Shown here: positions 20,928 to 35,624 of the stretch, piece after piece
How positions within the stretch are numbered: position 1 is the first letter of the stretch
Layout: every line of letters begins with the position of its first letter
Source: Macrostomum lignano
Taxonomy: Eukaryota
Direction: 5' to 3'
Assembly: GCA_002269645.1 (NCBI GenBank)
Contig: NIVC01004339.1
Coordinates: 1-49,560 of the forward strand
Length of the DNA stretch: 49,560 nucleotides
The notes under the pieces: model-generated
What the model was told of the DNA's origin: nothing
Databases searched by the model: none
What the model saw: only the letters and a program-made list of their open reading frames with translations
Position numbers and translations under genes: made by a program

Positions 20928-22719
20928 AGCGGGCTGGGGGCCACTTTGAGACTGAAATCGGAGGAGGGGGGAGTTGTTCCTGTGACTCGTTGCCTAAGAA
21001 AAGCATTAAATTAAAACTACAAGCGTACTTATTATATCACTTTAAACTTGTTTGCTACTCCCCCTGACAATTTTTTTCTGCGTCGGAAGCATATATGCGC
21101 TACACCTGGCCAGCTGGCGAAAGACCCAGACAAAGTAAGTTGCAAAAATGCCCAGCCTAAAATACGTACGTAGCACTAATTAGATGACGAGGCATTAAGC
21201 TTTTATAGTACAGTCATACTTACTCCCGCCGTTTACCCAAAATGGGCGAAGACTAGAAAAAAATCAAAGGGGGGGGACCAAGCGAATTTTCATCAAAATA
21301 CAGAGCCACCATCTCCACCCACACTTGGGTCTTTACCCTCTAAAATCCTCCCCGACAAATTACTGATTGTGCTACTGGCGGAGCTTCTGGACCTTCAAAC
21401 AATGGCACCAGGTGACTATGGACACCCTGTTGCGAATTTCTCTAGTTTCATTGATCAAGCCTCAACAGTGGGCAAACCTCAATTGCTGGACATCCTCAGC
21501 TGGTCTCTCAAGAATTCAGTCATCAAATCCGAGATTGTGGTAGAATATCTCAAAATTCCAGAGGGCTGGCAACTGTATTTTTGTTTGAGAAGGTGCACAA
21601 CCAAAAGTTAGCCTGCATGTGATGTTATTAAATTTTGTTTGCCTATATTGCTTCATAATGGCGCAGAAAAAAAAGATTGATGTTACTACTGTTCAGGAAG
21701 TAATTTTTTCAAAGAAATAAAAAATTCACACTCCTGAGATACAAACCCTAGTTGTTTTTTTAGTTTTAGCAAAGCAAGTAAGTATATTTCTATTGTGTTC
21801 ATTAAAACATATACAGTGCTAGTGCAATTGCTAAAATTGTATTATAAGCATAGAAATGGACTTAAGAACTAATTGAATTCTATGAAAATCAATAGTCTTC
21901 TATTAAGAATTTAAAAAATGACTGATACAATGTTTAAAAGCAGTAAGGAGCATATTCAAATTCAATATAGTTGTACAGTAACAGTGCACAGTTTACCTTG
22001 GCATTTTTTAAATATTTTATCCTACAGGTATATTGCATTCTTAATTATTAACACTTAGCCTTAGCAATAAGAAAAATGATTTGGCAAAGTTTTAGCATAC
22101 AAGATTGTTGTATTAAAGGAAAAATAGAATTAGAAAAGTATTGTAAATCACAAAGACAATCTAATCAAGCAAAGGTGATTAACAAAGTTGCATAGATTAT
22201 TAAGCATTCTTTATTAAGAACTAATCATTAAACTTTAAATATATGCCAAAACATAGAAAAATATGGCTAATAAATAATAGAAAATAGATATAATACCAAT
22301 TAATAAGGCATAACAAGCAGTGTTGGGCACTAGTCCAATTAATAAGCATTAATCCATTAATAAATGTTAAGATTTTTTTGCACGAATGGATTAATGAATT
22401 TGCATTAATAATTTTGTGGGTAAAAGACATATTCATTATTAACTTCAATGGCAATGTCAATGACCAAAAATGCAAAGAAAGAACAAAAATATAAGTCTGA
22501 TAAGAAGTTAAAACATTACAAATGTATCAAAATTTACCTAAATGCCTAATTATTCTCTTTGTTTATAATGATGATCATGCAAATGTAAAAACTTCTTACT
22601 AATAAACTTTAATAATGAATTAAAATTGTGAACTTTTTTGCTTGCATGTGAGCATGGATTACTTTGATTCACTTCTTTCCCAATCTTTTGTAACTTTCTA
22701 TTGCACTTGGGTCTCTGCC

Positions 22720-22792
22720 TAAGCCTAAGGGGTAGGGGGGTGACTGACCTCCCCACCCCCCTGGTTGTACCATTGCCTAGATAAGAGTTAAA
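22720..22792. mobile_element. Possible piggyBac-type terminus (...GCCTAGATAAGAGTTAA) at the edge of an AT-rich block
   Basis: TTAA-terminated end with a subterminal GGGGGGTGACTGACCTCCCC hairpin-like motif. No matching partner end or transposase ORF found. Confidence 0.25.
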
Positions 22793-24974
22793 AGTGCAAT
22801 ACTTGTTTAATGCATGACATAGATCAAGCTTTATTTGTTAACTTAATTTTAGGCCCTAATTTGAAATTTTGTTATAACATGATACATTGATAAGCTTTAT
22901 TATTATAAAATATAATGGCAATGCATAGAAAAAATATAAGAAAAATGGCAACAAAAGTATGATTTATTTAGTTTATTATTGTAGAAATGCTAAAAAATAA
23001 TTTTAAAAAGCATGCAAAAAGTTGCAATTTCTTATTTGAAAATCTTAGCAACAATTTTTTTTGGTAGAAAATGTGAATGGGAATATGAATTGTAAATTTT
23101 TGTGATTATAATGTTTTATAGAGAGGGGCTTAGCACAGCGCTGCATAATACATTCTTTGACTCTAATGATTTGTACCAGAGTCAATACTGTCCTGAAACT
23201 CTCTGCGACTGATGGCTACTTATTATATTGCTAACTTTAAAAATTGACTAATTAGGTTAATAAGAACAAAATATCGTTTAACTAATACGGCTTAGCAAAA
23301 TCAATACATAGAGTTTAATTTAAACTTCATTGACAATTTAAAACACAGATAAGCTTATAAGCATTTAAGCATAAGACATTCTGGACGTGGCGTTGGTATA
23401 GAGGGATTTCCAAGAAAATTAAAAATTTAAACAACAATGTAAGCAAAGAAAAACCAATGTATAATTGAACGAATTCAAAAGCCTTCGCCTGAACAGACAC
23501 GTTTTCTCATGGAAGCATTGCATCTTTGGAAAGTGTTATTCTTTCAGGCTCAGAAGTCAGAGTTTAGGCTCAATGGAAAAAAAGTGATCATCATAACCTC
23601 GTCGAGACCTCTGTTAATGTGGATGAAAACTTGGGTTGTGCTCGTGCATAAATTTTTGTTGCTTTAGCTTTGTGCATCTTTTTGCGAGTTGATTGTTTCT
23701 TTAGATGTTCGCAATATCATCGGCCCTTTATTGACATTGTTTGTTTCTGAACTGGGGACAATTTAATTTCGCACTTGAACAACATCCATTGAAGTCATCT
23801 TTGGTTAAACCACAGATACTAGAATAATTTTAGCTATCTTACAATCCGTGGGTTACACGTGCAAGTAAATGCATTATATACATTATACACAAGGACGCAG
23901 TACAGTAGTATCGTGTGTTTAATCCATGGAAGGTACGTCAGTCCTACGGAAATTCATTCGAGAAGCATGGACCAATCTAAAGGACGACAAAATCTTCCCC
24001 TATTTATCCTATGTGTTTTGGATGAATAAATTTTACTCCTGTAGTCATTTATTGAAATTCAGCAAAATTAGCTTCGATATTACTTCATTTTTAGTTAGTA
24101 TTAACAGACATTGTATTCATTATTATATGTCTATTTTGTCAACAATATTGGCTTTTGGTGGCTACTTGCAGTAGAATTCTTCATAAATCTTTGAGTAGAT
24201 GTGCACGATAGCTGTGTACATACAAAATCTCGACCTAAGTATTTTTGCTTTGCTTGAATATAAACGCATCACACATGTTTTAAGTGCGATTGACATGATT
24301 GATCATTTTATACCATAATGCCACATGCTATGCCGCGCGTACATGTATGCACCCGGAAATATTTTGTAGCACGCTGGCGTCGATTTGATTTGCCTACCAT
24401 GCACTGTTCTCTGTACATTCAGTGAATCTGATGGCTGCTTTTATCATATAGCAACACCCAGGTAGTCCTCATGACAAGTCCATGCTTACACTTTTTACAA
24501 TAGCGTCTGAAAATTATGCATTTTATTGAATGACAGCTCATCAATTTAAATTTCTTGTACGTGTAGATGCATTGTTGCGGCCTAGTAGAGGCTGTATGAG
24601 TTCTCGGCTTGCTTTTGTTGTCGGGTGTCTTCTTTAAGCGTATAGCCAACCAGAAGGACCAGAGAGAGAGCCAAGTCGCTCACCTCTCTTCACTGTTTGT
24701 CTATTCAGAAGGCCCTTCAGAAGCAAATTGCCCACATTGGTTGTATTGGAATAAGTGGTTGAGGTGACAAAAGTAGTCGGAATTAGTCAGCGAGTACACG
24801 GGTTCAAAGAGACTGTTAGAAATTATTCCGGTATAGTTGCCGGGCGGATACTGTTTTACACGGGGCTCAGCCTAATGCAGACACATTGCCAGCAGATTTT
24901 AAGGTGGGAGAGCACGCAATTAAAATTAGCAAAAGCGATAAAGTTTTGCCGCTTGCTTGTCGATCCTACCCTGA

Positions 24975-25410
24975 CTCCTATCCTAGGTCCTAGGAATTTC
25001 TGACACTCACTTCGGCATCCCTGACTCTTATCCTAGGAATTTCTGACACTCACTTCGGCATCCCTGACTCTTATCCTAGGCATTTCTGACACTCATTATG
25101 ACGCTACTGACACTCATTCTGACGCTACTGACACTCATTCTGACGCTACTGACACTCATTCTGACGCTACTGACACTCATTCTGACGCTACTGACACTCA
25201 TTCTGACGCTACTGGCACTCATTCTGACGCTACTGACACTCATTCTGACGCTACTGACACTCATTCTGACGCTACTGACACTCATTCTGACGCTACTGAC
25301 ACTCATTCTGACGCTACTGACACTCATTCTGACGCTACTGACACTCATTCTGACGCTACTGACACTCATTCTGACGCTACTGACACTCATTCTGACGCTA
25401 CTGACACTCA
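24975..25410. repeat. 43-bp unit (~2.5 copies) grading into a 21-bp unit CTGACACTCATTCTGACGCTA (~15 copies)
   Basis: CTGACTCTTA at 25021 and 25064; 21-bp array from ~25086 to 25410. Both units share CTGACACTCA. Confidence 0.93.
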
Positions 25411-26599
25411 TTTCGGTGCCGATATTGACACCGATCGGTGCCGATGGTGCCGATCATTTTGGTGACAGCATGACTATCGAGGAGCGATATCAAACTTAGC
25501 TAAGTAGGAGAAATGCAAAATTATTTTCTGCAGTTTTTTATCAAAGCTGGTTAAAAATTGCGCACAGCCACCGAGAGTCAGTGCCAGTTGCTTCTGATGC
25601 GGCTACTTCGCATTTTATTTCTCATAGTTGATTGGATTTGTTATTTTTATTTGGCTACCTTAGCTGAGTCAACAGGTATGCTTCTACCCCCCCCAACTCG
25701 GTTAATTTTCTCAGCGCTCTCATTTTTTGAGAAGCCTAAGAATTCTGCAATATCCTACATTAGAGTTGCTCAAGAGTAATTCTGCCTCCCAATGCAGCGA
25801 TCGTACTCACTGAGCAAAAAAGGTATGTGACGTAATCAGGGGAATATGACTCCAATGTTTGTGTGCGCGTGTTTTTTCTTTATAAGAGAAGCTGTTTGGC
25901 AAAGGAGAGATCGCGGCGCAGGACCTGCTGGCAGTCATTTTGACAGGCATTCTGCTGGCTATGGGGATTTCGTGAGATCGGAAATTGATGCCCGGGAAGG
26001 GTTTGGGTGAGCTGGCCAAGGCAGAGACCCCGTATAGGACAAGAAATTATCCTGACCCGAGGCTGTTTGAGCCTCGTCCTTGTCTCCATCAATCACCTGC
26101 TCTGTCATGTGAATACAACCATGGCCTCCTATTCATAGCTCGGTTTTCATATCTAGTTTTTCTGCGTGTGTGCTGAATGGTGGCCACCAACCCCACCTTT
26201 CTGCGTCTCCCGCTAACCCTTGTTGCGTAATCGTACTGCCCGAATATTCCATTTCGCGGCAAATGCACAAAAGGTGGGCTGTCCGATGGAGACAGAGAGT
26301 AAATTGGGTCGATTATGCTGCGCGCGTGTCTGTCTTAGGCCCAGAGCGCTGAGTGACACTTTGCTGCACGGCTCCAGTAGAAGTGGAACGGGTGAGAAAC
26401 GGCTAAAGTTGCATTACCCCGAATTTAAAAGCGGGAATGAAAAAATATGTCGCGGGACAGCTGCATTTCTGAGCGAGCGGGGGTTGAAGAGACAGTGAGA
26501 GGGCATTGAAGGAAAACGAAAATGGATTCGGAATATTGGTAAAAATGGAATTGAAGAGTTATGGAGATACGATCTGGAAAAGGGGAGGGAGGCAGGGAG

Positions 26600-27470
26600 A
26601 CGGAGAGAGGATCAGAAAGAGAGGGAGAGGGGATCAGAGAGAATGAGAGAAGATCAGACAGAATGAGAGAGGATCAGAGAGAGAGGGAGAGAAGATCAGA
26701 GAGAGAGGGAGAGAGGATCAGAGAGAGAGAGGGAGAAAGGATCAGAGAGAGAGAGAGAGAGAGAGAGGATCAGAGAGAGAGGGAGAGAGGATGAGAGAGA
26801 GAGGGAGAGAGGATCAGAGAGAGAGGGAGAGAGGATCAGAGAGAGGGAGAGAGGATGAGAGAGAGAGGGAGAGAGGATCAGAGAGAGAGGGAGAGAGGAT
26901 CAGAGAGAGAGGGAGAGAGGATCAGAGAGAGAGGGGGAGAGGATCAGAGAGAGAGGGAGAGAGAGGATCAGATAGAGGGAGAGAGATTGAGAGAGAGAGG
27001 GAGAGAGGATCAGAGAGAGAGGGAGAGAGAGGATCAGAGAGAGAGGGAGAGAGGATCAGAGAGAGAGGGAGAGAGGATCAGAGAGAGAGGGAGAGAGGAT
27101 CAGAGAGAGAGAGGGAGAGAGGATCAGAGAGAGGATCAGAGAGAGAGGGAGAGAGGATCAGAGAGAGAGGGAGAGAGGATCAGAGAGAGAGGGAGAGAGG
27201 ATCAGAGAGAGGATCAGAGAGAGAGGGAGAGAGGATCAGAGAGAGAGGGGGAGAGGATCAGAGAGAGAGGGAGAGAGGATCAGAGAGAGAGGGGGAGAGG
27301 ATCAGAGAGAGAGGGAGAGAGGATCAGAGAGAGAGGGAGAGAGGATCAGAGAGAATGAGAAATGATCAGAGAGAGGCAGAGAGTATCAGAGAGAATGAGA
27401 AATGATCAGACAGAGGGAGAGATGATCAGAGAGAATGGGAGAGGATCATAGAGAATGAGAGAGGAGAAGA
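26600..27470. repeat. GA-rich minisatellite, core GAGAGAGGGAGAGAGGATCA (20-24 bp)
   Basis: Direct reading. Confidence 0.95.
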
Positions 27471-28049
27471 GAAGAGAAAACGAGGAGAAATCACTGAAGG
27501 AGTCATTGGCTGTGAATTTGCTTGAGTCAATGCTCATTCTGAGCTGATAAGGCTACGGAGCTGTCAGATCAGAGTCGCCAAATCTTCGCTGCTGTCACAG
27601 AGCCAAAATCTGATTGAAATTCAATCCGCTTATGGCCAGGGAGAGGAGAGGAAGGAGATCCCAGCAGATGTGTCCCCAAAGCTGCCGCTGAATTCCACTA
27701 GGTGAGAAGGCACTCAGAGCAGCGGAGAGCAACTGGCAACTGTTTATGAATGCCAAAAAAAACAAATTACAAATCAGAACTCTCGTGCCAAGACTGATTT
27801 CCTGTGCCGGGGTCCCCGGCCACCTGTCACCAGCAGTCAGTTTTATTGCTGAGTCTCAAGCAATAATTTGAGTCCCCTCTAAGTGAGGTCCCGCTTCCTA
27901 TTAAATGGTTCTTGGTTTGCCTTTTCTTCGCCATTGAGAGCAGCTCTCAGCCACTCAGCAGAGCAATTGGCTTTTCAATTTGTTGAGGACAGATTGCAGG
28001 AAATTAATTAGAATTGGGGGAGTGGAAATTAATTAAAGACGGGGATTAA

Positions 28050-29770
28050 GGAAGAAGGGAATGTGGGAGAGGGGAATGTGGGAGAGGGGAATGTGGGAGA
28101 GGGGAATGTGGGAGAGGGGAATGCGGGAGAGGGGAATGTGAGAGAGGGGAATGTGGGAGAGGGGAATGTGGGAGAGGGGAATGTGAGAGAGGGGAATGCG
28201 GGAGAGGGAACTGTAGGAGAGGGGAATGCGGGAGAGGGGAATGTGGGAGAGGGGAATGCGGGAGAAGGGAATGCGGGAGAGGGGAATGCGGGAGAGGGAA
28301 TGCGGGAGAGGGGAATGTGGGAGAGGGAACTGTAGGAGAGGGGAATGCGGGAGAGGGAACTGTAGGAGAGGGGAATGTGGGAGAGGGGAATGTGGGAGAG
28401 GGGAATGTGGGAGAGGGGAATGTGGGAGAGGGGAATGCGGGAGAGGGGAATGCGGGAGAGGGGAATGCGGGAGAGGGGAATGCGGGAGAGGGAACTGTAG
28501 GAGAGGGGAATGCGGGAGAGGGAACTGTAGGAGAGAGGAATGCGGGAGAGGGGAATGTGGGAGAGGGGAATGCGGGAGAGGGGAATGCGGGAGAGGGGAA
28601 TGCGGGAGAGGGGAATGCGGGAGAGGGGAATGCGGGAGAGGGGAATGCGGGAGATGGGAATGCGGGAGAGGGGAATGCGGGAGAGGGGAATGGGGGAGAA
28701 AGGAATGCGGGAGATGGGAATGCGGGAGATGGGAATGCGGGAGATGGGAATGCGGGAGATGGGAATGCGGGAGATGGGAATGCGGGAGATGGGAATGCGG
28801 GAGATGGGAATGCGGGAGGGGGGGTGTGGGAGAGGGGAATGCGGGAGAGGGGAATGCGGGAGAGGGAACTGTAGGAGAGGGGAATGCGGGAGAGGGAACT
28901 GTAGGAGAGGGGAATGTGGGAGAGGGAATGTGGGAGAGGGGAATGTGGGAGAGGGGAATGTGGGAGAGGGGAATGCGGGAGAGGGGAATGCGGGAGAGGG
29001 GAATGTGGGAGAGGGGAATGCGGGAGAGGGGAATGCGGGAGAGGGGAATGCGGGAGAGGGAACTGTAGGAGAGGGGAATGCGGGAGAGGGAACTGTAGGA
29101 GAGGGGAATGCGGGAGAGGGGAATGTGGGAGAGGGGAATGTGGGAGAGGGGAATGTGGGAGATGGGAATGTGGGAGAGGGGAATGCGGGAGATGGGAATG
29201 CGGGAGAGGGGAATGTGGGAGAGGGGAATGTGGGAGAGGGGAATGTGGGAGATGGGAATGTGGGAGAGGGGAATGCGGGAGATGGGAATGCGGGAGAGGG
29301 GAATGTGGGAGAGGGGAATGTGGGAGAGGGGAATGTGGGAGAGGGGAATGTGGGAGATGGGAATGCGGGAGAGGGGAATGCGGGAGAGGGGAATGCGGGA
29401 GAGGGGAATGCGGGAGAGGGGAATGGGGGAATGCGGGAGATGGGAATGCGGGAGAGGGGAATGCGGGAGAGGGGAATGGGGGAGAAAGGAATGCGGGAGA
29501 TGGGAATGCGGGAGATGGGAATGCGGGAGATGGGAATGCGGGAGATGGGAATGCGGGAGATGGGAATGCGGGAGAGGGGAATGCGGGAGGGGGGGTGTGG
29601 GAGAGGGGAATGCGGGAGAGGGGAATGCGGGAGAGGGAACTGTGGGAGATGGGAATGCGGGAGAGGGGAATGCGGGAGAGGGGAATGCGGGAGAGGGGAA
29701 TGTGGGAGAGGGGAATGCGGGAGAGGGGAATGCGGGAGAGGAGAATGCGGGAGATGGGACTGTGGGAGAG
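28050..29770. repeat. 15-bp minisatellite GGAGAGGGGAATGYG, >100 copies
   Basis: 5-aa periodic ORFs in all frames. Confidence 0.95.
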
Positions 29771-32424
29771 GTGGTTTGAGAGATGGCAAATGGAGATGTT
29801 TTTAAGGGATATTAAGTGTGGGACAGCAAGGACGCTAATCCAGAGCAAAGTGGATACCGGACCCGAGAAAGTAGATCCAGGTGGATTGTTGAAACAACTA
29901 ATGACCAGAGGCGGCCAGAGGCAGTGAAGCGGGCGGATTGAATTCACCTGGAGCGCCAGTTCCCAGCCTCATCGATGATGAAGCAACTAAAAATGGCCAT
30001 CTCAATCCCCTTTTGGTCCTTCTCGCCCCAGGCCAGTGGGACGAAGCAATTCAATGATAGGTTTTCATTGCGTAATCCCATTTCATTTCGGAGAGGAGAA
30101 CAAAGACTCCGTGGCAGTATGAGCATGAGGGAGCCTGAGCCGGGTCCGTGGGGAGCGATTAAACTGGATTTTAAGCAATTGGCGCCCACGAACGTCCGGG
30201 ATGCACATTAAAAATATCTGGCCAAATCATCCGCCTGGAATTCCCTCTCGCTCTGGCGCTCAGCTGAATTCATGTCAGCAGTCCGAGAGAGTAGAGCAAC
30301 AACCCCGCTCTGGATTGCGTCATCGCTTCATTCGGAGAGGAGAGGAGAGCCAAGGACTCCCCAGAGGATGAGCAGGGAGAAATGCAGGTTAAATTTCAGT
30401 ATTTTTTTACACTTTTTTAGTTCTTAATAATGAACGTTCTGATCTAACGAACTGTTTGATAAGTCAAGAATTTTGTGAATATAAAGTCCATTAAATCCAT
30501 TTAAGTCCATTTCGCTAAAGTCCATTAGCGAAGTATGAGAAATGGGGTGGATTTGCACTGTACATTAGCTATGTACGCTAGTGGAGGGAGAGAAAGGGAA
30601 AGGAAAGTGAGGTGGGCGACAACTGACCTTCAAAATGGGGGAAGGAAAATGGGGTGGGTTGCAATCGGCCAATTAGAAAGTGTGTAAGAAAATGGGGTGG
30701 GTTGCGATTGACCAATCAGAAAGTACGAAGGGAAATGGTGCATGTCCAGCAACCGTGCAAGCCCTGAAGCATCGAAGCATCAGTAGTGCAGAACTTTCTG
30801 AAGCGAGGCTTGCTAATCCTATTCGACCAAGGAGTCGAAGAAGCCTTGAAACTCCACTGGAGGAAAAGTTTCGATAATAAAAAGTTTTCGAACTCGGGCC
30901 AGCCAACCAAAAAGCCAATCTAAAATTGGATCGCCTTCAGAAGGCGGTGATGAGTGAGCTGTCTTCGGAGGCTCGTTCTCCAACTGGCAGGGGGGGGGGG
31001 ACTGACAGTTCTATTCTCCTATCTCTCATCTCTGTCTAACTTGCCTCATTGCCGCTATTCCTCTTTTTAGCTATTTCCCCACTGTGTGTGGTGTGTTTAC
31101 TCCAGCCACCGCTGCGGTGCCCTTCCCCATCTGACTTGGCGCTGGGCCAAGGAGACCAGAAGCCGAATCTGGAAACAGAAACTCTTGCAGCTTTTATACT
31201 ACCGTTATCAGTAATCTCTAGGTTTGTACGCATCCTTGCTGAAAAATCATACGACTCTGAGTACGACTTTTGGAAAAGTAGGAAGCGCAAATTTATATTT
31301 TTGTCGCGATCTAGACGAAGATCACGCTGCAATCCAGATTGCAGATGCAGTCCTCCTTGGCTGCAGCGACCGGTTTGGGAAGAAAGTAAACCGACTCTCC
31401 CTCTTCCCAGCTCTTTGCCTGCTTGCTTCATTTCCCAGCGCCCCCCCCCTGGGGGAGAAAAACTCGATACTGCAGGCCGGGCAGCGGACAGGCTCGGGTG
31501 GCAACAGCGGGACAGGGCCGCCGAGAGGGATGAAGAGCCAGTAATCTCCCAGCTCGGTAATTCTCACTTTATCACTACCAACATTCACAGAGAGTCTGCT
31601 GCTTCCAGGAGAGCTCCTGTTGCTGTCGAGTTTGAGTATCATCATAATGAAAATGCTCTCCGAACTCCAGCCAAGCCCTCCAACGATGAGCAGAAGCCTT
31701 GAATGTGGGAGCATTATCCCCGCTATTCATCTCCCATGCCTCTCTCGGGAAATTCTCTGACTGACCACTTGCTGCTCAAACCTGAGCTGACGCAATCAGA
31801 GTCCGATGGAGCAAGGAAAATAACAAATTGTTAGGAGATCCCACTGCAATCAATGTCTACAATATAGGCTGAATTTCTGCATTAATATTCACAAAAAATT
31901 CATCTATGATAATATCAGAATTACGCAACTCCAATGTGAAGCAGACAAATGATCTGAGAGTTTTGACTTAGTTTCTATTCGCGAAATTGTAAAACTTCTG
32001 CAACCCCCCCCCCACGACCCATGTGCTTCTAGTGGTCCCTGCCTGATGGGGGCCATAAAAATTTAGTTCGAGTTGTAAAAATGGCAGGGGACGCGGGGCA
32101 GGATTTTTTTCGACTTGAAGGGAAAATTAATAGCCGCTGTATGAGTCTTAGTCGTTTTTTTACTCAAGTTGTAAATTGTTTTTAAGTTGTTTCTAAGAAA
32201 TTAAGAAGGGCCTCACGTGAAACTTCATATTTATTTCAAAAAACTTCTCTAGTTGGCAAAAATGGCACGTTGAAATCGTGGGAAATTTTAAGACACTTCG
32301 CTTGGAACTGAAACAAACAAACTCAATGTTTAAAAATATTTTTAGCCATGGAGTCCCGACTTCTAAATGACGCGAACTAAAATGTGATGGAGTTGGGTGG
32401 TTGGCAGAGTGAGTAGGGAGTAAA

Positions 32425-33265
32425 GACTGAGAAAGGGTAGACACTGAGAGAGAGGGTAGACAGTGAGAGAGAGAGAGGGTAGACACTGAGAGAGAGGGTA
32501 GACACTGAGATAGAGGGTAGACAGTGAGAGAGAGAGAGGGTAGACACTGAGAGAGAGGGTAGACAGTGAGAGAGAGAGAGAGAGAGGGTAGACACTGATA
32601 GAGGGTAGACACACAGAGAGAGGGTAGACACACAGAGAGAGGGTAGACACACAGAGAGAGGGTAGACACACAGAGAGAGGGTAGACACTGATAGAGGGTA
32701 GAAACTGAGAGGTGGTTGACACTGAGAGAGGGTAGACACTGAGAGAGGGTAAACACAGAGAGAGGGTAGACACACAGAGAGAGGGTAGACACACAGAGAG
32801 AGGGTAGACACACAGAGAGAGGGTAGACACACAGAGAGAGGGTAGACACACAGAGAGAGAGTAGACACACTGAGAGAGGGTAGACACACAGAGAGAGGGT
32901 AGACACACAGAGAGAGGGTAGACACACAGAGAGAGGGTAGACACACAGAGAGAGGGTAGACACACAGAGAGAGGATAGACACACAGAGAGAGGATAGACA
33001 CACAGAGAGAGGATAGACACACAGAGAGAGAGTAGACACACAGAGAGAGAGTAGACACACAGAGAGAGAGTAGACACACAGAGAGAGAGTAGACACACAG
33101 AGAGAGAGTAGACACACAGAGAGAGGGTAGACACTGATAGAGGGTAGACACACAGAGAGAGGGTAGACACTGAGAGACAAGAGAGAAGATAGACACAGAG
33201 AGAGAAGAGAGAAGGTAGACACAGAGAGAGAAGAGAGAAGGTAGACACAGAGAGAGGGTAGACAT
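32425..33265. repeat. 19-bp minisatellite (ACACAGAGAGAGGGTAGAC) and variants
   Basis: GGGTAG period of 19 (32821, 32840). Confidence 0.95.
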
Positions 33266-34277
33266 AAAGAGAGTATCTTGAAGCGGCTGGCAACAAATCA
33301 GTAAATAGGATAGGAAATTAAATTTTTAGATTGCGCAGGCAGGCTGCGCCTGCTCAGAGCAAGTCACCATTAATTATCACCTCAAGACTCGGTGAGGGGA
33401 CACCAGTGCTCTGCTGGGAATTGTTTCCCAAAGGAAGTCGTCAGTCATATTCTAAATTTGATTCCCAACTCCCTCAGTCTCAATCGGCCACAGTTGCCGC
33501 TTGAGAAATCGGAAAAATTAAAAGCAAAAAACAGCAGACTTTGTTGTTCTTTTCCCGATCCCCACAGCTCCCAACTGGCTGGTTTCTCACCAAAGTCCCC
33601 TGGCGATTCCCAGCAACCAGAGGCCGAGGTAAACCAACCACCGGGTTTATTCATATTTCCTTCACACCTCACTTTGCGTGGAAAAAAGCCCATTTCCAAT
33701 GCTTTTTGGAGCCGGGCCAAAAAATCCTGCTAGGTTGATTGCGTCATGCTAGGCAGAACCGATCCTCAAGCACACCTCCCAGTCTTAATCTCCTGCTTTA
33801 CCTTTCTCCCCTCTAAATACCCCCTCTCTAAAAAATTTCCCTTCCCACAGGAGTCAGGTGTGAACGAGGGGATTTTTTAAAGCCCCTTTCGTCCCCAAGA
33901 AAAGTGAATGGCGATTTCGTGGCAAAGTGACGTTGCGCTGCATTTCCGAGTGATCAGGAGGGGCAATGTTGGACGCCTATATTAAAGCGTAAAAATCCTC
34001 TGATTTCTATTTACGTGACTCACCCATGCTCAAAGACTTGAGCCGAGAGAACAGGAGATGTAAAGGGGGGCAAAATGAAACTTGTTCCTCGCCTAGTGAA
34101 AGAGAAATGACTGGATGGAGAGGTATAAAGGAAGCTGGAGTGAAAGAATGCAGAGAGTTGACTTCTCAGTAATTCTTTATGATCGAATATCCACTGATAG
34201 AGATTACATGAGGTCATGAAGTACTTGAAGAGACTGGGCTCAATTTTTTCATTCACGCCCATGGGACCAACTCTCAC

Positions 34278-34405
34278 GTCACAGAGTGTGCCTTCTTGAC
34301 GACAAGAAAATCAGGGCCGCTGTAGACCCAGTGTGAGCCTGCGTGTGCGTGCTCCAGGGTCAACAGGTGCAATTCGACTAGCGCCTTGATTTGTAGCAGT
34401 ACCTG
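34278..34405 (-). other. Candidate internal exon of an unidentified minus-strand gene (128 nt)
   Basis: Pyrimidine-rich NAGNAG acceptor (CCCTACCTCAG/CAG), donor GAC|GTGAGA, one open frame (QVLLQIKALVELHLLTLEHAHAGSHWVYSGPDFLVVKKAHSV). No homology recognised. Confidence 0.3.
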
Positions 34406-34419
34406 CTGAGGTAGGGTAA

Positions 34420-34950
34420 ACACTAAGAGAGGGTAGACACTGAGAGTGGGGTAGACACAGAGAAGGTCGGCACCGAGAGTAGGGTAGACAGAGAGAGAGA
34501 GAGAGTAGACACAGAGAGGGTAGATACTGAGAGGGTAGACACTGAGAGTAAAGTAGACACAGAAAGAGAGAGAGTAGACACAGAGAGGGTAGACACTGAG
34601 AGGGTAGACACTGAGGTGGGCGTAGGTAGACACTGAGAGTAGGTAAACACTGAGGGTAGGGTAGACACTGAGGTGGGCGTAGGTAGACACTGAGAGTAGG
34701 TAAACACTGAGGGTAGGGTAGACATTGAGAAGGTAGACACAGAGAGGGTAGACACTGAGGGTAGGGTAGACACTGAGGGTAGGGTAGACACTGAAAAGGT
34801 AGACACAGAGAGGGTAGACACTGAGGGTAGATACTGAGGGTAGGGTAGACACTGAGGGTAGGGTAGACACTGAGAAGGTAGAGACAGAGAGGGTAGACAC
34901 TGAGGGTAGATACTGAGGGTAGGGTAGACACTGAGAGAGGGTAGACGCCG
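34420..34950. repeat. GAGGGTAGACACT-core minisatellite, related to the 32.4-33.3 kb array
   Basis: Shared GGGTAGACAC core. Confidence 0.9.
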
Positions 34951-35624
34951 AGAGAGTAAACTCAAATTAGTAGCGCAGAACTGGCGATATGTATCGAAAG
35001 TTTGACCTTATCCGGCGAACAGTCAGTCTAGTCTATGCACAGTAAAGTTTGCAGAGGCAAAGGGTTTGTCAGGAAGCATTGATTCTGGATAACACTTGGA
35101 TACATCTGGGGCTTGGCATAATTTGCATAACTTATTCAGTACTTATTCAATATCTTGGCAAAAGACAACAGAACAGTGAAAGCAGTCAGCAAGCACAAAA
35201 GCCAGGGCAAAATAAATTTTGACAGGTTTGTCCGGCCGGTCTAGCGACAGGAAATTGGTTCGAATCGGAGCGGGAGAGTTCAAATCTTCAAACATGCAGG
35301 CCACCCGCATGCTGGGGATGGAGATGGGGATAGCCCGATGCACAGAGGCCGGCCGAGGGTCCTCATTAACCCGTCAAGGAGTGTTGCAACAAATTACAAA
35401 CCCTCGAGCCGTTTGCCCCCTGAGGCGTCGATGGGGGGATTTTTGCCCAGGCCGAGGCGAGGAGAGAAAGGGAGTAGCTAGAGATGGGGAATAAGTTAAG
35501 ACGGAGGCTGAGACGGATGGGGCACGAGTGAGTCAGCTGAGCCCTTTGTCAGCTGATCCTCTTTTGCTTCCTTCGCTACTGCCTTCAGGCTCTTGCTGGT
35601 TGGGCTCTTGCTACAGCCAGTATC

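Noticed and set aside
23880-24650. Possible decayed piggyBac transposase (Cys-rich KCII...CKKCK and ...VYNAF fragments on the - strand)
   Set aside because: Motif spacing does not fit the DDD/CRD pattern and frames are full of stops; not supportable by eye.
31049-31702. 217-aa ORF
   Set aside because: No codon bias, no domain, overlapping equally long antisense ORFs; probably a chance ORF.
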